Notes: a model not told the origin generated them from the letters alone. A stretch of 64,000 nucleotides of DNA from an uncultured Chloroflexia bacterium (GCA_963700285.1 CAVOXA010000009.1:1-64000), one strand, 5' to 3'. Shown: positions 21,226 through 31,414, counted from the first letter of the stretch. Numbers and translations are program-made.

Positions 21226-22327
21226 TCAGAAGAGACAATTCGGCGAACTGAGGCTGATCGCCGGCAACGCCAACCCGATCCTGGCCCAGACGATCGCCGA
21301 GGAGTTGGGGCAGCCGCTGGAGGATGCCCGAGTAGACCGCTTCGACGACGGCGAGGTCCAGGTGGATCTGGACTGTGTGGTGCGCGGCACTGATGTCTTT
21401 ATCATCCAGCCGATCTGCCAGACGCACAGCAGCCCTCTGCAGCGGCCCTGTCTCTCACGGGCAGCGCCGCAGAATGGCAGCAGTGGGATCTGCACCTACC
21501 AGTCGATCAACGACAATCTGATGGAACTGCTGGTCATGATCGACGCAGCGCGGCGGGCCTCGGCCGGGCGGATCACCGCCGTGGTGCCCTACATGGCCTA
21601 TGCCAAGCAGGAAAAGAAAAAGAGAGGCCACGAGCCGATCACGGCCAAGCTGGTGGCCAATCTGATCACGACGGCCGGCGCCGACCGTCTGCTGACCGTA
21701 GACCTGCACACGCCGGCCATCGAGGGTTTCTTTGACATCCCGGTGGACCACATGCGCATGGCCTTGCTGATGGGCTCCCATTTCCGAAAGAAGCCGGATT
21801 GGGAGGATGCGGTGGTCGTGTCGCCCGATGCCGGTGGCGTGGCCCGAGCCACCGAGTTCCGAGACCACCTCAAGGCCAGCCTGGGGTCGGTCATCGCCCG
21901 CGACGAGATGGCCATCGCCTTCAAGCGGCGCACAGCCAGGGGGGAGCCAACGGTCATCGACATGGTGGGCGATGTGGCGGGTCGGCCGGCCATCATCTAC
22001 GACGACATGATCCAGTCTGGTGGGACCCTGCTGCAGGTGGTGGATCGCCTGCTAGAGCGAGGGGCAACCGAGGTGCACGCGGCTGCGGTCCACGCCGACT
22101 TTACACCGGGGGCTCTGGAGCGACTACAGGGTTCTTCCCTCAAAAGCCTTGTTCTGTCCGATACGACGGCCACCGCATGGGAGTCGGCGGGGGATGGGAT
22201 CGAGATCGTGACCTCGGCGCGCATCCTGGCTCAGGCCATCTGGCGCATCCACACCCAGCAGAGTGTGGGCTGGATCTTTGATACGCTCAGGGATACTGGC
22301 GAGCTGCCGCCGGTTCAGGATTCCTGA
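21218..22327 (+). CDS. prs: Ribose-phosphate pyrophosphokinase
   Basis: RFDDGE, NDNLMELL, DLH..IEGFFDIPVD, VSPDAGG, DDMIQSGGT. Confidence 0.92.
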   Translation: MANQKRQFGELRLIAGNANPILAQTIAEELGQPLEDARVDRFDDGEVQVDLDCVVRGTDVFIIQPICQTHSSPLQRPCLSRAAPQNGSSGICTYQSINDNLMELLVMIDAARRASAGRITAVVPYMAYAKQEKKKRGHEPITAKLVANLITTAGADRLLTVDLHTPAIEGFFDIPVDHMRMALLMGSHFRKKPDWEDAVVVSPDAGGVARATEFRDHLKASLGSVIARDEMAIAFKRRTARGEPTVIDMVGDVAGRPAIIYDDMIQSGGTLLQVVDRLLERGATEVHAAAVHADFTPGALERLQGSSLKSLVLSDTTATAWESAGDGIEIVTSARILAQAIWRIHTQQSVGWIFDTLRDTGELPPVQDS

Positions 22328-22340
22328 TTGGACTAGTTTT

Positions 22341-23676
22341 TCAGTTCGTCCGTCTCCTCGGGTGGTGGGATCCGTGCCACAGGAGCAGGAGCACCTTCAA
22401 AACTAGGAATAGGACACCCACGAGGCCTAGTGTCAGCAGGGCGATGCTGGCCAGGCCGACGAGTTGGGCATTGATCTGACCCGGCCAGTCAGGCGCCAGA
22501 CCGGGGGCAGGGAAAAACCCGGTCACACCCTGGCCGGTGACACCCAGGTAGGCATCAGCGCCGATGCCGTTCCAGCCCTGGCCTGCGAGACCATCGCCGA
22601 ATACGCCGGGCACCAGAATGCCCAACAGGCCACCCAACAGACCGACCGGGACTGCCCCGGTGGGATCGTCGATGCGCAGGACATGCTGGACCAGGAAGGT
22701 GACCAGAGGCACCAGGAGTCCTGCCGGCGGCCAGGGCCAGGGCGGCCCAGGGGGGTACAAAGGCCATGGCCGCCGCGACGCTCAGCACGCCGGCGGCAGC
22801 GCCCCGAGCTGCCATCAGCGAGTCGGCGGCGCCGGTGGTGAACCAGGTGTAGAGGCAGGGCAGAAAGGCGCCGCCGGCAGCCGCCAGCACCAGGTTCACG
22901 GCCACACGGGGTGTGATTGCGCTGGCCGCAATGTGGATGGGGTTCGCGCCACTGAGCGCCATTCCGCCGACGACGACCAACACAGCGCCCAGGACGGCCA
23001 GCACGGGCAGGTGAACCGGTGGCAAGGCCGGTAGCTCGCCATCAGGCAGAGGGGGGATGCGACGGCCAAAGAACAGGATGCCCAACAGGGCTGCCAGTCC
23101 GCCGACAACGGCTGCCGTGCTGAGGCCGGTCAGATCCACGTAGCCGTGGCCCAGGCCCAGCGTCTGGCCGATGTGCATCAGCCAGCCGCCGCCGGAGAAC
23201 CAGTTGGCGGCCATAGGATAGACCAGGGCTGCGACCAGAAACGCGCCCAGGCCAGCCATCCAACCGGGCATACGCTCGCGGAGCGACAGCAGGGGCAGGA
23301 TTACGGCCACGGCCAGCGCCGGCAGGTAGGCCAGGTACAGGGCCATGGCTGTTTCCGTTGCCGCCTCGCCCAGGAGCAAAAAGCCGCGCAGGCCAAGGGC
23401 GCCCCATTCCAGATTCAGAGGGGACGCCCATTCCCAGACCAGGCCTTCCAGGCCGGGAAGCTCGCTGATCAGGCCGACGCCGCCCAGGTGAAAGGCAAAG
23501 CCGCAGGCCCAGTAGCCGATGGCTGCCAGGGCCAGAGCACCCAGTCCGGCTACGGCCGATTTCGCCGGCCGGCGACCGGCCAGCCCGCCGCCGGCGATCA
23601 GGATCAATCCTGCGGGCAGTAACAGGGCGAGAATCGCGAATTGTGCGTTGAGTACTAGGAATTGTGGATTGTTCAT
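22341..23676 (-). CDS. Ammonium transporter (Amt) family protein, degenerate; frameshift near 22730
   Basis: YWACGFAF, ERM, VYP..ANW..GGWL, GYVD, IDDP; conserved His sites substituted. Confidence 0.8.
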
Positions 23677-24125
23677 TTGTCGTTGATGCGATGCTTGGCA
23701 CCTTGGCCAAATGGTTGCGTATCCTGGGCTACGATACGGTCTTTGACCCAGCCCTGGATGACCATCAGTTGGTACGCCTGGCCCGCGCCGAGGACCGGAT
23801 CTTGCTGACTCGTGACCGGGAACTGGCTCGGCGGCGCGGTGTGCGTCTCCTATTGGTTGGCAGCGAGGATCTGGATGAGCAGATCCGCCAGGTACTGTCC
23901 GATCTCGAATTGGCGCCTAACCGGTCTTTCTCTCGCTGCCCGGTCTGTAACGAGGCTTTGGAATCCCTGGATCCCGCGTGGCAGAGGCCCAAGTGCCAGC
24001 CTATGTGGTCCAGACTCACCAAGATTTTCAGGCGCTGCCCCGCTTGCCGGCGGGTCTACTGGCGCGGTACCCACTGGCAACAGATGGACCAGAAGCTAGC
24101 CCGGCTCGGGCTGATCGATGGCTAG
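23664..24125 (+). CDS. Mut7-C RNase domain protein
   Basis: FVVDAMLGTLAKWLRILGYDT, RILLTRD, RCPVCN...CPACRRVYWRGTHW; compensating indels around 23980-24030. Confidence 0.9.
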   Translation: MDCSFVVDAMLGTLAKWLRILGYDTVFDPALDDHQLVRLARAEDRILLTRDRELARRRGVRLLLVGSEDLDEQIRQVLSDLELAPNRSFSRCPVCNEALESLDPAWQRPKCQPMWSRLTKIFRRCPACRRVYWRGTHWQQMDQKLARLGLIDG

Positions 24126-24178
24126 AGGTTCGAACTCGGAAGATCGGCCCTCGACTTTTAGAAAACGGAGGTTGAATC

Positions 24179-24523
24179 CTGGAACCAATCAAACTTGCCC
24201 GTACGATTGTGGATGCTATCGCCGAACGGCTTGGCTCTGACATCGTCCTGCTGGACATGCAGGACGTGTCTCTGCTGGCCGACTATTTCGTCCTGTGCAG
24301 TGCCGAGAGCACGCCCCAGTTCAAGGCCATCCTCGACGAGGTGGAGAAACAGGCCAAGGCCATTGGCGCTCGCCGGCTGCACGTCGAAGGCAAACCCGAC
24401 TCGGGCTGGGTGCTCTTGGACTATGGCTCCGTGGTTGTCCACGTCCTTGACCCCGAACTACGCGCCTACTACGACCTGGAAGGGCTGTGGAAGCAGGCAC
24501 GACTGGTGGTCCGCATCCAATAG
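24179..24523 (+). CDS. rsfS: Ribosome silencing factor RsfS
   Basis: DIVLLDM...ADYFVLCS...WVLLDYGSVVVHV...RAYYDLEGLW; likely CTG start just after GGAGG. Confidence 0.93.
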   Translation: MEPIKLARTIVDAIAERLGSDIVLLDMQDVSLLADYFVLCSAESTPQFKAILDEVEKQAKAIGARRLHVEGKPDSGWVLLDYGSVVVHVLDPELRAYYDLEGLWKQARLVVRIQ

Positions 24524-24615
24524 CGTCCCAGCTCCGCCTATTATACCCCAAGTCAGGGCCAACTGGCAAGCAGGTACCCCGAGGATACCGGGGCTGCTGC
24601 AACGTCGCGTTCGGG

Positions 24616-24713
24616 ATTCTCCCACAGGTTTCTGCCATGTTGCGGGGTACTATTTGATTATCGCTAATTCAGTCGGTAGTGGGGTGAGAGCCAATCCGAA
24701 CCTGCGGGAGGAT
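24616..24713. repeat. REP-like inverted-repeat pair between convergent genes
   Basis: ctcccacaggtt ... aacctgcgggag; the same arms occur at 36884-36981. Confidence 0.7.
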
Positions 24714-24720
24714 TGTCGTG

Positions 24721-26439
24721 CTATTGCGCCCGGGCCAGCCGCGCGTACAGTTCTTCGGCGCCTTCGATCCCTGTCGCTTCCAGCCTGGCCCCGGGCGAGC
24801 AGGCGAAAAACGGCCAGTTCTGCGGACCACCCAGCCCGCCGTGCGAGGCTAGTTGTTCCTCAAAAGATATCACCCTTTCGCCATCCCATGCGCCCAGCAG
24901 AAGCAGGTCGCCCGAATGTGGAAAGCGCGCCACCCGGCCCACCTGCGCTGCCGTCCAATCTGGGTCGGGAAAGTTGCGTAGAGGATTCTCTCCCTTCAGC
25001 CGCTGGCCGTCTGCTCCGACCCATATGGTGCCCTGCCTGCCAATGATCACAGTGGACTGTTGCTCCCGGCCGGCCACTAGACCGATTCCACCGTGCCAGG
25101 CCAGTGCTTGTAGGAGCCCTGGATAGAGGAGCGCTACCTCACTCAGGTTGAGGCGCCGGCGAGCAACGTTAAAGTAGACGTGAGAAAGAGATCCGGAACT
25201 CTGCACGACGATGTCGCTGCGCCGGTCCAGATCCCATCCAGCCTCTTTGGCTTTGGCCAGCAGACGCTTCTCCAGCCCTGCTCGAGTGACCCGCAACATC
25301 TGGGCTGATACCGGTTGCTGGGGACGAGCTTCGAGTGCTCGCAGCTCGTCCAGAAGAAAGTAGGCTCGCGCCTCAGGCTGTCCCTCGCTCTCTTTCTCCC
25401 TCGGTACGTTCTGGCCCGTGTGTTTGGCGATAAACTGCTCCAGTGTCTGTCCGTGGATCCCCTGGAAAGGCTTGGATACGCTCATACCATGGTCAGATAG
25501 AATGTACAGGTCGTACTCCCGCTGTACATAGATCTGCCGCATCCGATCGATCTGCCGGATCTGCCGGTCTATCCCTCGCAATGCCCGGAATGCTTCGCGG
25601 CTGTCGGCGCCAAAGTGATGGGCGATCTCGTCATAGCCGGTGTAGGCCGCATAGATGGCCGGCATGCCCCGGTAAACATCCACCATCACGCTAAAGGTTG
25701 TCACCTCTCGGAAGATGACGTTGTTAAAGATCTCCAGAAGAGGGCCCAGAAAGTAAAAGTAAGGATCCCCAGATCCTGGGCTCAGAAACGCGGCAAAGCG
25801 TTTGATGACATAGATGGCCCACGTCCACAGCGACAGGCCAATCACTTTGGCAGTGCGTACGGGCCCGATCGCAAAGAGAATCAGGAATCCGAGGCCACGC
25901 ACATTCTCGAAAACACGCTGTCGGCCCAGGGCCGACAATGTAAAGAGAGCCAGCCGGGCGTCGCCGTCGAACATGTTGGTGTAGCTCGACCCGCCGCGAA
26001 GGAGGCCATCCCGCCCCTTCGATATCCGCTCCTGAATCGCCTGTACCTGGCCAGGCAGTTTGCAGTTGATCGAGTTCTGCGCCTGCTTGTCGTACCAGCG
26101 AAAACCAGGGATATCCCAATTGTTGCCATACATGATGCCTGCCTGAGAGGCGGGCGTTGTGCTGGGCAGTCCACAATGCCACGGGGCAAGTTCCAACTTG
26201 TGTTGCGTGATCAAGCGAGAGAGATAGGGCATGTAGCCATGCCGTATCCCCCTCTGCAAGTATTCATAGGCTAGGCCATCGATTTCAAGGACGACGAACC
26301 CACGCCGCCCATCGGTTTCGAGTGGATCGCGGCCCAACTGGCGGGCCGCGGCGCCATACTTGCGCCGGAAGAACCAGGCAGCGATGCTGTCAAACAGGTC
26401 AACGATCCACGCCAAAGGCCAGGGCATTGTCCTGTCCAC
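24721..26439 (-). CDS. Alkaline phosphatase superfamily (nucleotide pyrophosphatase/phosphodiesterase) protein
   Basis: IDGL, PSTTPASQ, YDEIAHH, SDHG, HGGLGG. Confidence 0.85.
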   Translation of the reverse strand: MDRTMPWPLAWIVDLFDSIAAWFFRRKYGAAARQLGRDPLETDGRRGFVVLEIDGLAYEYLQRGIRHGYMPYLSRLITQHKLELAPWHCGLPSTTPASQAGIMYGNNWDIPGFRWYDKQAQNSINCKLPGQVQAIQERISKGRDGLLRGGSSYTNMFDGDARLALFTLSALGRQRVFENVRGLGFLILFAIGPVRTAKVIGLSLWTWAIYVIKRFAAFLSPGSGDPYFYFLGPLLEIFNNVIFREVTTFSVMVDVYRGMPAIYAAYTGYDEIAHHFGADSREAFRALRGIDRQIRQIDRMRQIYVQREYDLYILSDHGMSVSKPFQGIHGQTLEQFIAKHTGQNVPREKESEGQPEARAYFLLDELRALEARPQQPVSAQMLRVTRAGLEKRLLAKAKEAGWDLDRRSDIVVQSSGSLSHVYFNVARRRLNLSEVALLYPGLLQALAWHGGIGLVAGREQQSTVIIGRQGTIWVGADGQRLKGENPLRNFPDPDWTAAQVGRVARFPHSGDLLLLGAWDGERVISFEEQLASHGGLGGPQNWPFFACSPGARLEATGIEGAEELYARLARAQ

Positions 26440-26499
26440 CGTTCTTGGTACCTGAGACGCATAGGAGCACCGAGAGAATAGAGCCCTCCAGCGGAATGC

Positions 26500-28473
26500 T
26501 CACAGAACCTCCTCTGGATCGCCACGATCGTTCCCCAATGCGGTGGAAAGATCCGTAGGTGAAAAGAACGATATTGGTTCATCCGCCCACCCCGTCTCCT
26601 GGAAGCGAACCCCAATCGGTTTCCCCTCTGAGGGCAGTGGTGGGCTGGTTCTGTCCCACTGGAATTGAAGGGCATAGTAGTAGCTGTAGAGGCTGTCCTT
26701 TCGGGCCAACAATTCTTGGTGTGTACCTACCTCGGCTACCTGTCCCTCCCGAAGAACGACGATGCGGTCTGCGTTGGTGATCGTTGACAAGCGGTGGGCG
26801 ATGACAACCGTCGTACGTCCGTGTGTAACCTGGTCCGACCCTCTGGCCGGGGGTCGCATCAGGCGGTCCAGTGCTTCCTGCACCAACTGTTCTGACTCGG
26901 TATCCAGGGACGAGGTGGCTTCGTCCAAGATCAGGATGCGAGGATCCTTGAGAATGGCCCGCGCGATGGCGATCCGCTGCCTTTGCCCCCCAGAAAGCTT
27001 GATGCCCCGCTCACCGACCTGGGTCTTGTAGCCGTCGGGCAGCTCGTTGACGATGAAATCATGGGCATTGGCCGCTCGCGCGGCGGCCTCGAGTTCGTCT
27101 TGGCTGGCGTCCAGCTTTCCATAGCGGATGTTTGTGGCGATGGTGCCGCTGAAGAGCAAGGTTTCCTGGGGAACAATGCCGATCTGGTCACGAAGTGAAT
27201 GGAGCGTGACTTGGCGCAGGTCATGCCCGTCGATGGCGATGCCCCCGCTGCTGGGATCGTAGAAGCGTGGGATCAGATTGACCAGGGTCGTTTTGCCTGC
27301 GCCACTGGGGCCTACGAGAGCGATAACCTCTCCGGGTTTGGCCTCCAGCGTGATGTGACGCAGGACCGGCTGGCGCGGATCATATTCAAAGCTGACGTCG
27401 TTGAAGGCGATGTGACCAGAGATGGGGGGCAGGGCCAGCGCATCGGGCAATTCGACGACCTCCGGACGGGTGTCAAGCAGCTCAAAGATACGTTCGGTGG
27501 AGCCCAGTGCTTCCTGGACCTTGCTGTAGAGGCCGGCAAAGCTGCTCATCGGCCCCATGAGCATGACCGCGTACAGCAGAAAGGCGACGAGATCGCCCAG
27601 GGTCATCCATCCCTGTAGCACCTGTCTCGCGCCAAACCACAGAACCAGAGCCAAGCCCCCGTATGAGAATAGGGAGACAAGTGGTCCCAGTGTCGCGTAA
27701 ATGCGAGTGCGGTACATGGCCGTCTCAAAGATCGAGTCCACCCTCTGCCCAAAGCGCTCGCTTTCGTAGGCTTCCCGGGCGAAGGATTGAACGATGCGGA
27801 TGCCGCCCAGCGTCTCCTCCACCACGGCAGAGGCGTCGGCCAGCGTATCCTGTACCCGGCGTGCCGCCCTGCGCATGCGTCTGCCCATCAGTCGTGTGAC
27901 CAGGACCATGCCTGGTATGGCCACCGCCATCAGCGCCGTCAGCCGCCAATCGATCAGCGACACGATCAGTACCACACCGGCAGCTGTCACAATCTGTTGC
28001 AGCAGCATGACGAGGTCGTTGGTGACAGCCGCCCGGATGACCTGTACGTCGCTGCTCAGCCGGGACATGAGTTCGCCAACCCGCTGACCGGCAAAGAAAC
28101 CAAGGGACAAGGACAGCAGGTGGTCAAAAGTCTGCCGGCGAAGGTTGGCCACCACCTGTTCGCCCACCCAGGCAAGCAAGTAGATCTGGACAAAGCCCAG
28201 GCCCGTGCGCAGAACGAAAATACCAGCCAGAACCAGCGCAAAGCGGTTGAGCTGGGCGACCTGCTCGGCTACCGCAGCAGTGTCTATCAGATTCTTAATC
28301 ACCCAGGGAACAGCAAGGCTGAGAAAGCTAGAGAGCACCAAGGCGGCACCCCCCAGAACCAGATACTGCCAATAGGGTCGCACATAGACCAGGATGCGGC
28401 CATAGGTCTCAAGCGCTTGGCGTACGGCCTGCCCGGCAGGTACCCTATCTTGCCTTGCTCCCTCTGGCTTCAT
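26500..28473 (-). CDS. ABC exporter, fused TMD and NBD (MsbA-like)
   Basis: Six-TM N-terminus; [30 protein letters not shown]. Confidence 0.93.
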   Translation of the reverse strand: MKPEGARQDRVPAGQAVRQALETYGRILVYVRPYWQYLVLGGAALVLSSFLSLAVPWVIKNLIDTAAVAEQVAQLNRFALVLAGIFVLRTGLGFVQIYLLAWVGEQVVANLRRQTFDHLLSLSLGFFAGQRVGELMSRLSSDVQVIRAAVTNDLVMLLQQIVTAAGVVLIVSLIDWRLTALMAVAIPGMVLVTRLMGRRMRRAARRVQDTLADASAVVEETLGGIRIVQSFAREAYESERFGQRVDSIFETAMYRTRIYATLGPLVSLFSYGGLALVLWFGARQVLQGWMTLGDLVAFLLYAVMLMGPMSSFAGLYSKVQEALGSTERIFELLDTRPEVVELPDALALPPISGHIAFNDVSFEYDPRQPVLRHITLEAKPGEVIALVGPSGAGKTTLVNLIPRFYDPSSGGIAIDGHDLRQVTLHSLRDQIGIVPQETLLFSGTIATNIRYGKLDASQDELEAAARAANAHDFIVNELPDGYKTQVGERGIKLSGGQRQRIAIARAILKDPRILILDEATSSLDTESEQLVQEALDRLMRPPARGSDQVTHGRTTVVIAHRLSTITNADRIVVLREGQVAEVGTHQELLARKDSLYSYYYALQFQWDRTSPPLPSEGKPIGVRFQETGWADEPISFFSPTDLSTALGNDRGDPEEVL

Positions 28474-28531
28474 ACTCTTTGGTGTCGCCTTTCATCCCTG
28501 TGCGTGTTTTGCGAGCCCGGTTCGCGCCATC

Positions 28532-29488
28532 TCAGACCACAAAAGCAAGGCCTGCTGCCGTCACCAAGGTCCCCAGAACCGTCCAGCGGGTCGGCTTCTC
28601 CTGGAGCCATAGCATAGAGAAGGGCAGGGCCATCATTGGTGCAGCGGCGGCAATGACCGCGTTGGGTCCTGCGCCGATCGTCTGGATGGCATAGATGAAC
28701 AGCCAGGTGCCGATCACCGTGCTCAACAGGCTGGCCACCAGGATGATCAACCACGTTTTCCTGCGCAGCCCATAGAGATCGCGCCACTGCCCGCGGTACA
28801 GCGCGAGTCCCAGAAGAATCAGCGCCGCCATCGGCTGCCGGGCGCTGTTGGCCACCACCGGATCCAAACCTTCGGTCGCTGGTTTGAGCGCCACCTGGCC
28901 CGCTCCCCAGAGCAGCGATGCCGCCAGGGCCATAAGCAATCCAGTCTTTCGTGCCTTCCTGCCCGCATCTGCTTCCGGCGAGATTTCAGCGGTCGTCTGA
29001 AGGACCTCGGTTGCCGGTCCGGTACTTTGCAGGGACTCTGCTGGATCGCTAGCCGCTTGCTGAGGAGCCGGCCTGCTCACCAGGACGATGCCCACCACGA
29101 CCAGCACGGCCCCCACGGCCAGCGTCCAGGTCAAAGGCTCGCCTACAAAGGCCCAGGCCAGCAGCACCGCCCACAGGGGGTGGATGCTGGATGCCGGCAT
29201 GGCCCACGATACGCCCGCCAGGTCCATGCCCCGAAAATAGAGGGTGTCGCCCACGACGAGCAAGGCCAAGACTGACACGAACAGCCACATCCAGGCCCAC
29301 GGAGAGATCGCCGCCAGCGCCTGAAAGCCGCCAAAGAAGGGCAACAGGGCCCAGAAGGCGATGGTGGCGATGGTGCAGCGTACCAGGTTCAAGGGCAGGA
29401 CGGGGAGCCGTTTGGCGCCCACGGTGAGCAACACGCTGGCAACTGCCCAGGCAAAGGCGCTCAGCAGCGCAGCGACTTGGCCGTTCAA
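28532..29488 (-). CDS. EamA/DMT family transporter
   Basis: Two 5-TM repeats; LAWAFVGE, WLQEK. Confidence 0.88.
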   Translation of the reverse strand: MNGQVAALLSAFAWAVASVLLTVGAKRLPVLPLNLVRCTIATIAFWALLPFFGGFQALAAISPWAWMWLFVSVLALLVVGDTLYFRGMDLAGVSWAMPASSIHPLWAVLLAWAFVGEPLTWTLAVGAVLVVVGIVLVSRPAPQQAASDPAESLQSTGPATEVLQTTAEISPEADAGRKARKTGLLMALAASLLWGAGQVALKPATEGLDPVVANSARQPMAALILLGLALYRGQWRDLYGLRRKTWLIILVASLLSTVIGTWLFIYAIQTIGAGPNAVIAAAAPMMALPFSMLWLQEKPTRWTVLGTLVTAAGLAFVV

Positions 29489-30693
29489 CGGGCTTCCAGG
29501 AGATCCAGGAAAGCCTGGATGCGGTTTCTGATCGGCTCCTCGGCGTACAGGCGCGTATCACACATGTCGGCTTCGAGCACGAGCCCCGGCACTCCCGTTC
29601 TATCACCGACCCTGTCCAGCAGATCGTACTGTCCCAGGGAATAGGGCTTGCAAGAGCGATTGGAGTGAAACACCATCCCGTCCACCGAGAATCGTTGTAC
29701 CATCTGCGCCATCAGCTCCGCACGGACCTGCAGGCTCTGGTTGATGTACACTGTGCTGTAGGTACGGGCCAGTCCCAGGATCGGCTCGTCCACGCCCACC
29801 GACACGGACCAGGCGTTGGTATAGGTGTCAACCACAAAGCAGGCTCCCGCGCTGGAAAAGAGGTTGAATAGGCGGAACAGCCGATACCATATGGCGATAT
29901 TGTCCCACAGAAGGCGGTAGCGCTCCTCCAGGAGCGCCCCTTCGCCCTTTGCCACGCGTTCTTCAACTTCCGCCTTGAGCTTGCGGTAAAAGGCCACCGC
30001 ATCCTTGGTGCCTCGCAGGACGACGATGGGCGCCATGGTCAAAAACAGATCGGGCGCGTTCAGGGGCGAAGGTCGTGCCTGGCACAGTTCGCGTATCTCG
30101 CGCCAGAGCGTCACCGCCTGGTTGGAATAGTCCAATGCCTGGAGGAGTTTCTTACCATCAAGCCCGCGGCCGGTGTGCAGCGTCACCCAGGCGATCATCT
30201 CCTCCAGTTGGGCGGCCACATACTGATGGGCGTGCTCCGGCAGGCCAGGCTGATGCTGGTAGGGGGCATCCAGGAGGAAAAGTGGCACGCCCAGTTCCTG
30301 AGCGAGGGCCTGGTACCACTTGATGACCGTACCGCAGATGTTGCTGCAGGCCACCAGCAGGTCTGGTTTCGGCAAGCCGCCCTGGGGCGCGTTTCCGGGA
30401 TCGAGCACCGAGCCGATGTGACAGCGTGCGTAGGAACAGAGATCCGGGCTGTAGCCCGCCTCCTCGGCCACCCGGGCCAGGGGCACGGCCGCCCGCTGGG
30501 CCCCGACCAGCGCCCCATAGTTCTCAGGGTAAACCGTCGCCACGCCCATGGCGATGAGGATCTCGACCGGCGCGCCGCTGGTGACCCAGGCCAGGGGCCG
30601 CACTTTGCCCACTAGCTTGCGCGTGGCATAGTAGCGCGTCATGAGCCGCGTCAGATCCTTGGCCGTAGCCAGCTTCCGAACCTTTTGGGGCAT
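29485..30693 (-). CDS. 2-hydroxyacyl-CoA dehydratase subunit (HgdA/FldB-like)
   Basis: PEN, GYSPDLCSYAR, LPKPD, NIC, HSNRSCK, EADMCD; ATG at 30693. Confidence 0.85.
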   Translation of the reverse strand: MPQKVRKLATAKDLTRLMTRYYATRKLVGKVRPLAWVTSGAPVEILIAMGVATVYPENYGALVGAQRAAVPLARVAEEAGYSPDLCSYARCHIGSVLDPGNAPQGGLPKPDLLVACSNICGTVIKWYQALAQELGVPLFLLDAPYQHQPGLPEHAHQYVAAQLEEMIAWVTLHTGRGLDGKKLLQALDYSNQAVTLWREIRELCQARPSPLNAPDLFLTMAPIVVLRGTKDAVAFYRKLKAEVEERVAKGEGALLEERYRLLWDNIAIWYRLFRLFNLFSSAGACFVVDTYTNAWSVSVGVDEPILGLARTYSTVYINQSLQVRAELMAQMVQRFSVDGMVFHSNRSCKPYSLGQYDLLDRVGDRTGVPGLVLEADMCDTRLYAEEPIRNRIQAFLDLLEAR

Positions 30694-30852
30694 ATCATCG
30701 CCTCGGTGCGCCGAGATGGTTGCCATTATACCATAGCAACCATCGCCAACCAAACGGGACCGCCCTCCCCTCGCCCAGTCTGGCCAGAGCCGACGCAAAC
30801 CTTTCAGGTCTCTGCGTAGGATTGAGAACTGCTGCCTAGATACTGTTGCTGT

Positions 30853-30881
30853 TTGACTTTTGCAGTTGGATGGGCTATAAT
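30853..30881 (+). promoter_or_regulatory. rpsT promoter
   Basis: TTGACT-17 bp-TATAAT. Confidence 0.7.
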
Positions 30882-30940
30882 GCCGGGCAAGTGAGGCCTG
30901 CACCTGGCCTGTAGTTTCGTATGAAAGGGGCAAGACAACC

Positions 30941-31216
30941 TTGGCTAACACACAGTCCGCTATCAAACGTACCCGCAGTTCTGAGCGACGGCGGAAGATC
31001 AACCAGGTCCATCGTTCGAAGGCAAGGACCTATGTGAAAAGGACCCGTACCCTGATCGCCGCCGGCAGGCTGGAGGAGGCGGAGGTCGCCGCTTACCAGG
31101 CCCTGAGCGCCCTGGATAAGGCAGCCCAAAAAGGCATTGTCCACAAGAACAACGCAGCTCGGCGGAAATCCCGCTTGATGAAATCCTTGAACCAGGCCAA
31201 GCAACAGGCGGTCTGA
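30941..31216 (+). CDS. rpsT: 30S ribosomal protein S20
   Basis: MANTQSAIKR...LDKAAQKGIVHKNNAARRKSRL. Confidence 0.97.
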   Translation: MANTQSAIKRTRSSERRRKINQVHRSKARTYVKRTRTLIAAGRLEEAEVAAYQALSALDKAAQKGIVHKNNAARRKSRLMKSLNQAKQQAV

Positions 31217-31260
31217 CCTTGGGTCTTCCCTGAATGCACTGCAGGATGGGAAGGGCAGCC

Positions 31261-31290
31261 AAAGCCTCGGCGGCAAGCTGGGGCTTTTTT
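31261..31290 (+). terminator. Intrinsic terminator after rpsT
   Basis: aaagcctcggc-ggcaa-gctggggcttt plus T tract. Confidence 0.75.
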
Positions 31291-31414
31291 GATGTCTCAC
31301 ACACGCGAACCTGACTGAGCAAAGCTGAATTCCCTATTCAAGGCTACGGCTGGACACGACCTGCTCGGACGTGCTGGCGCTCTGGCTGGACCGGTTAGGA
31401 AAAAACTCCACGGA

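Noticed and set aside
31225-31262. SRP RNA-like motif after rpsT
   Set aside because: caggatgggaagggcagc does not fit the conserved SRP helix 8 pattern; better explained as 3' UTR structure.
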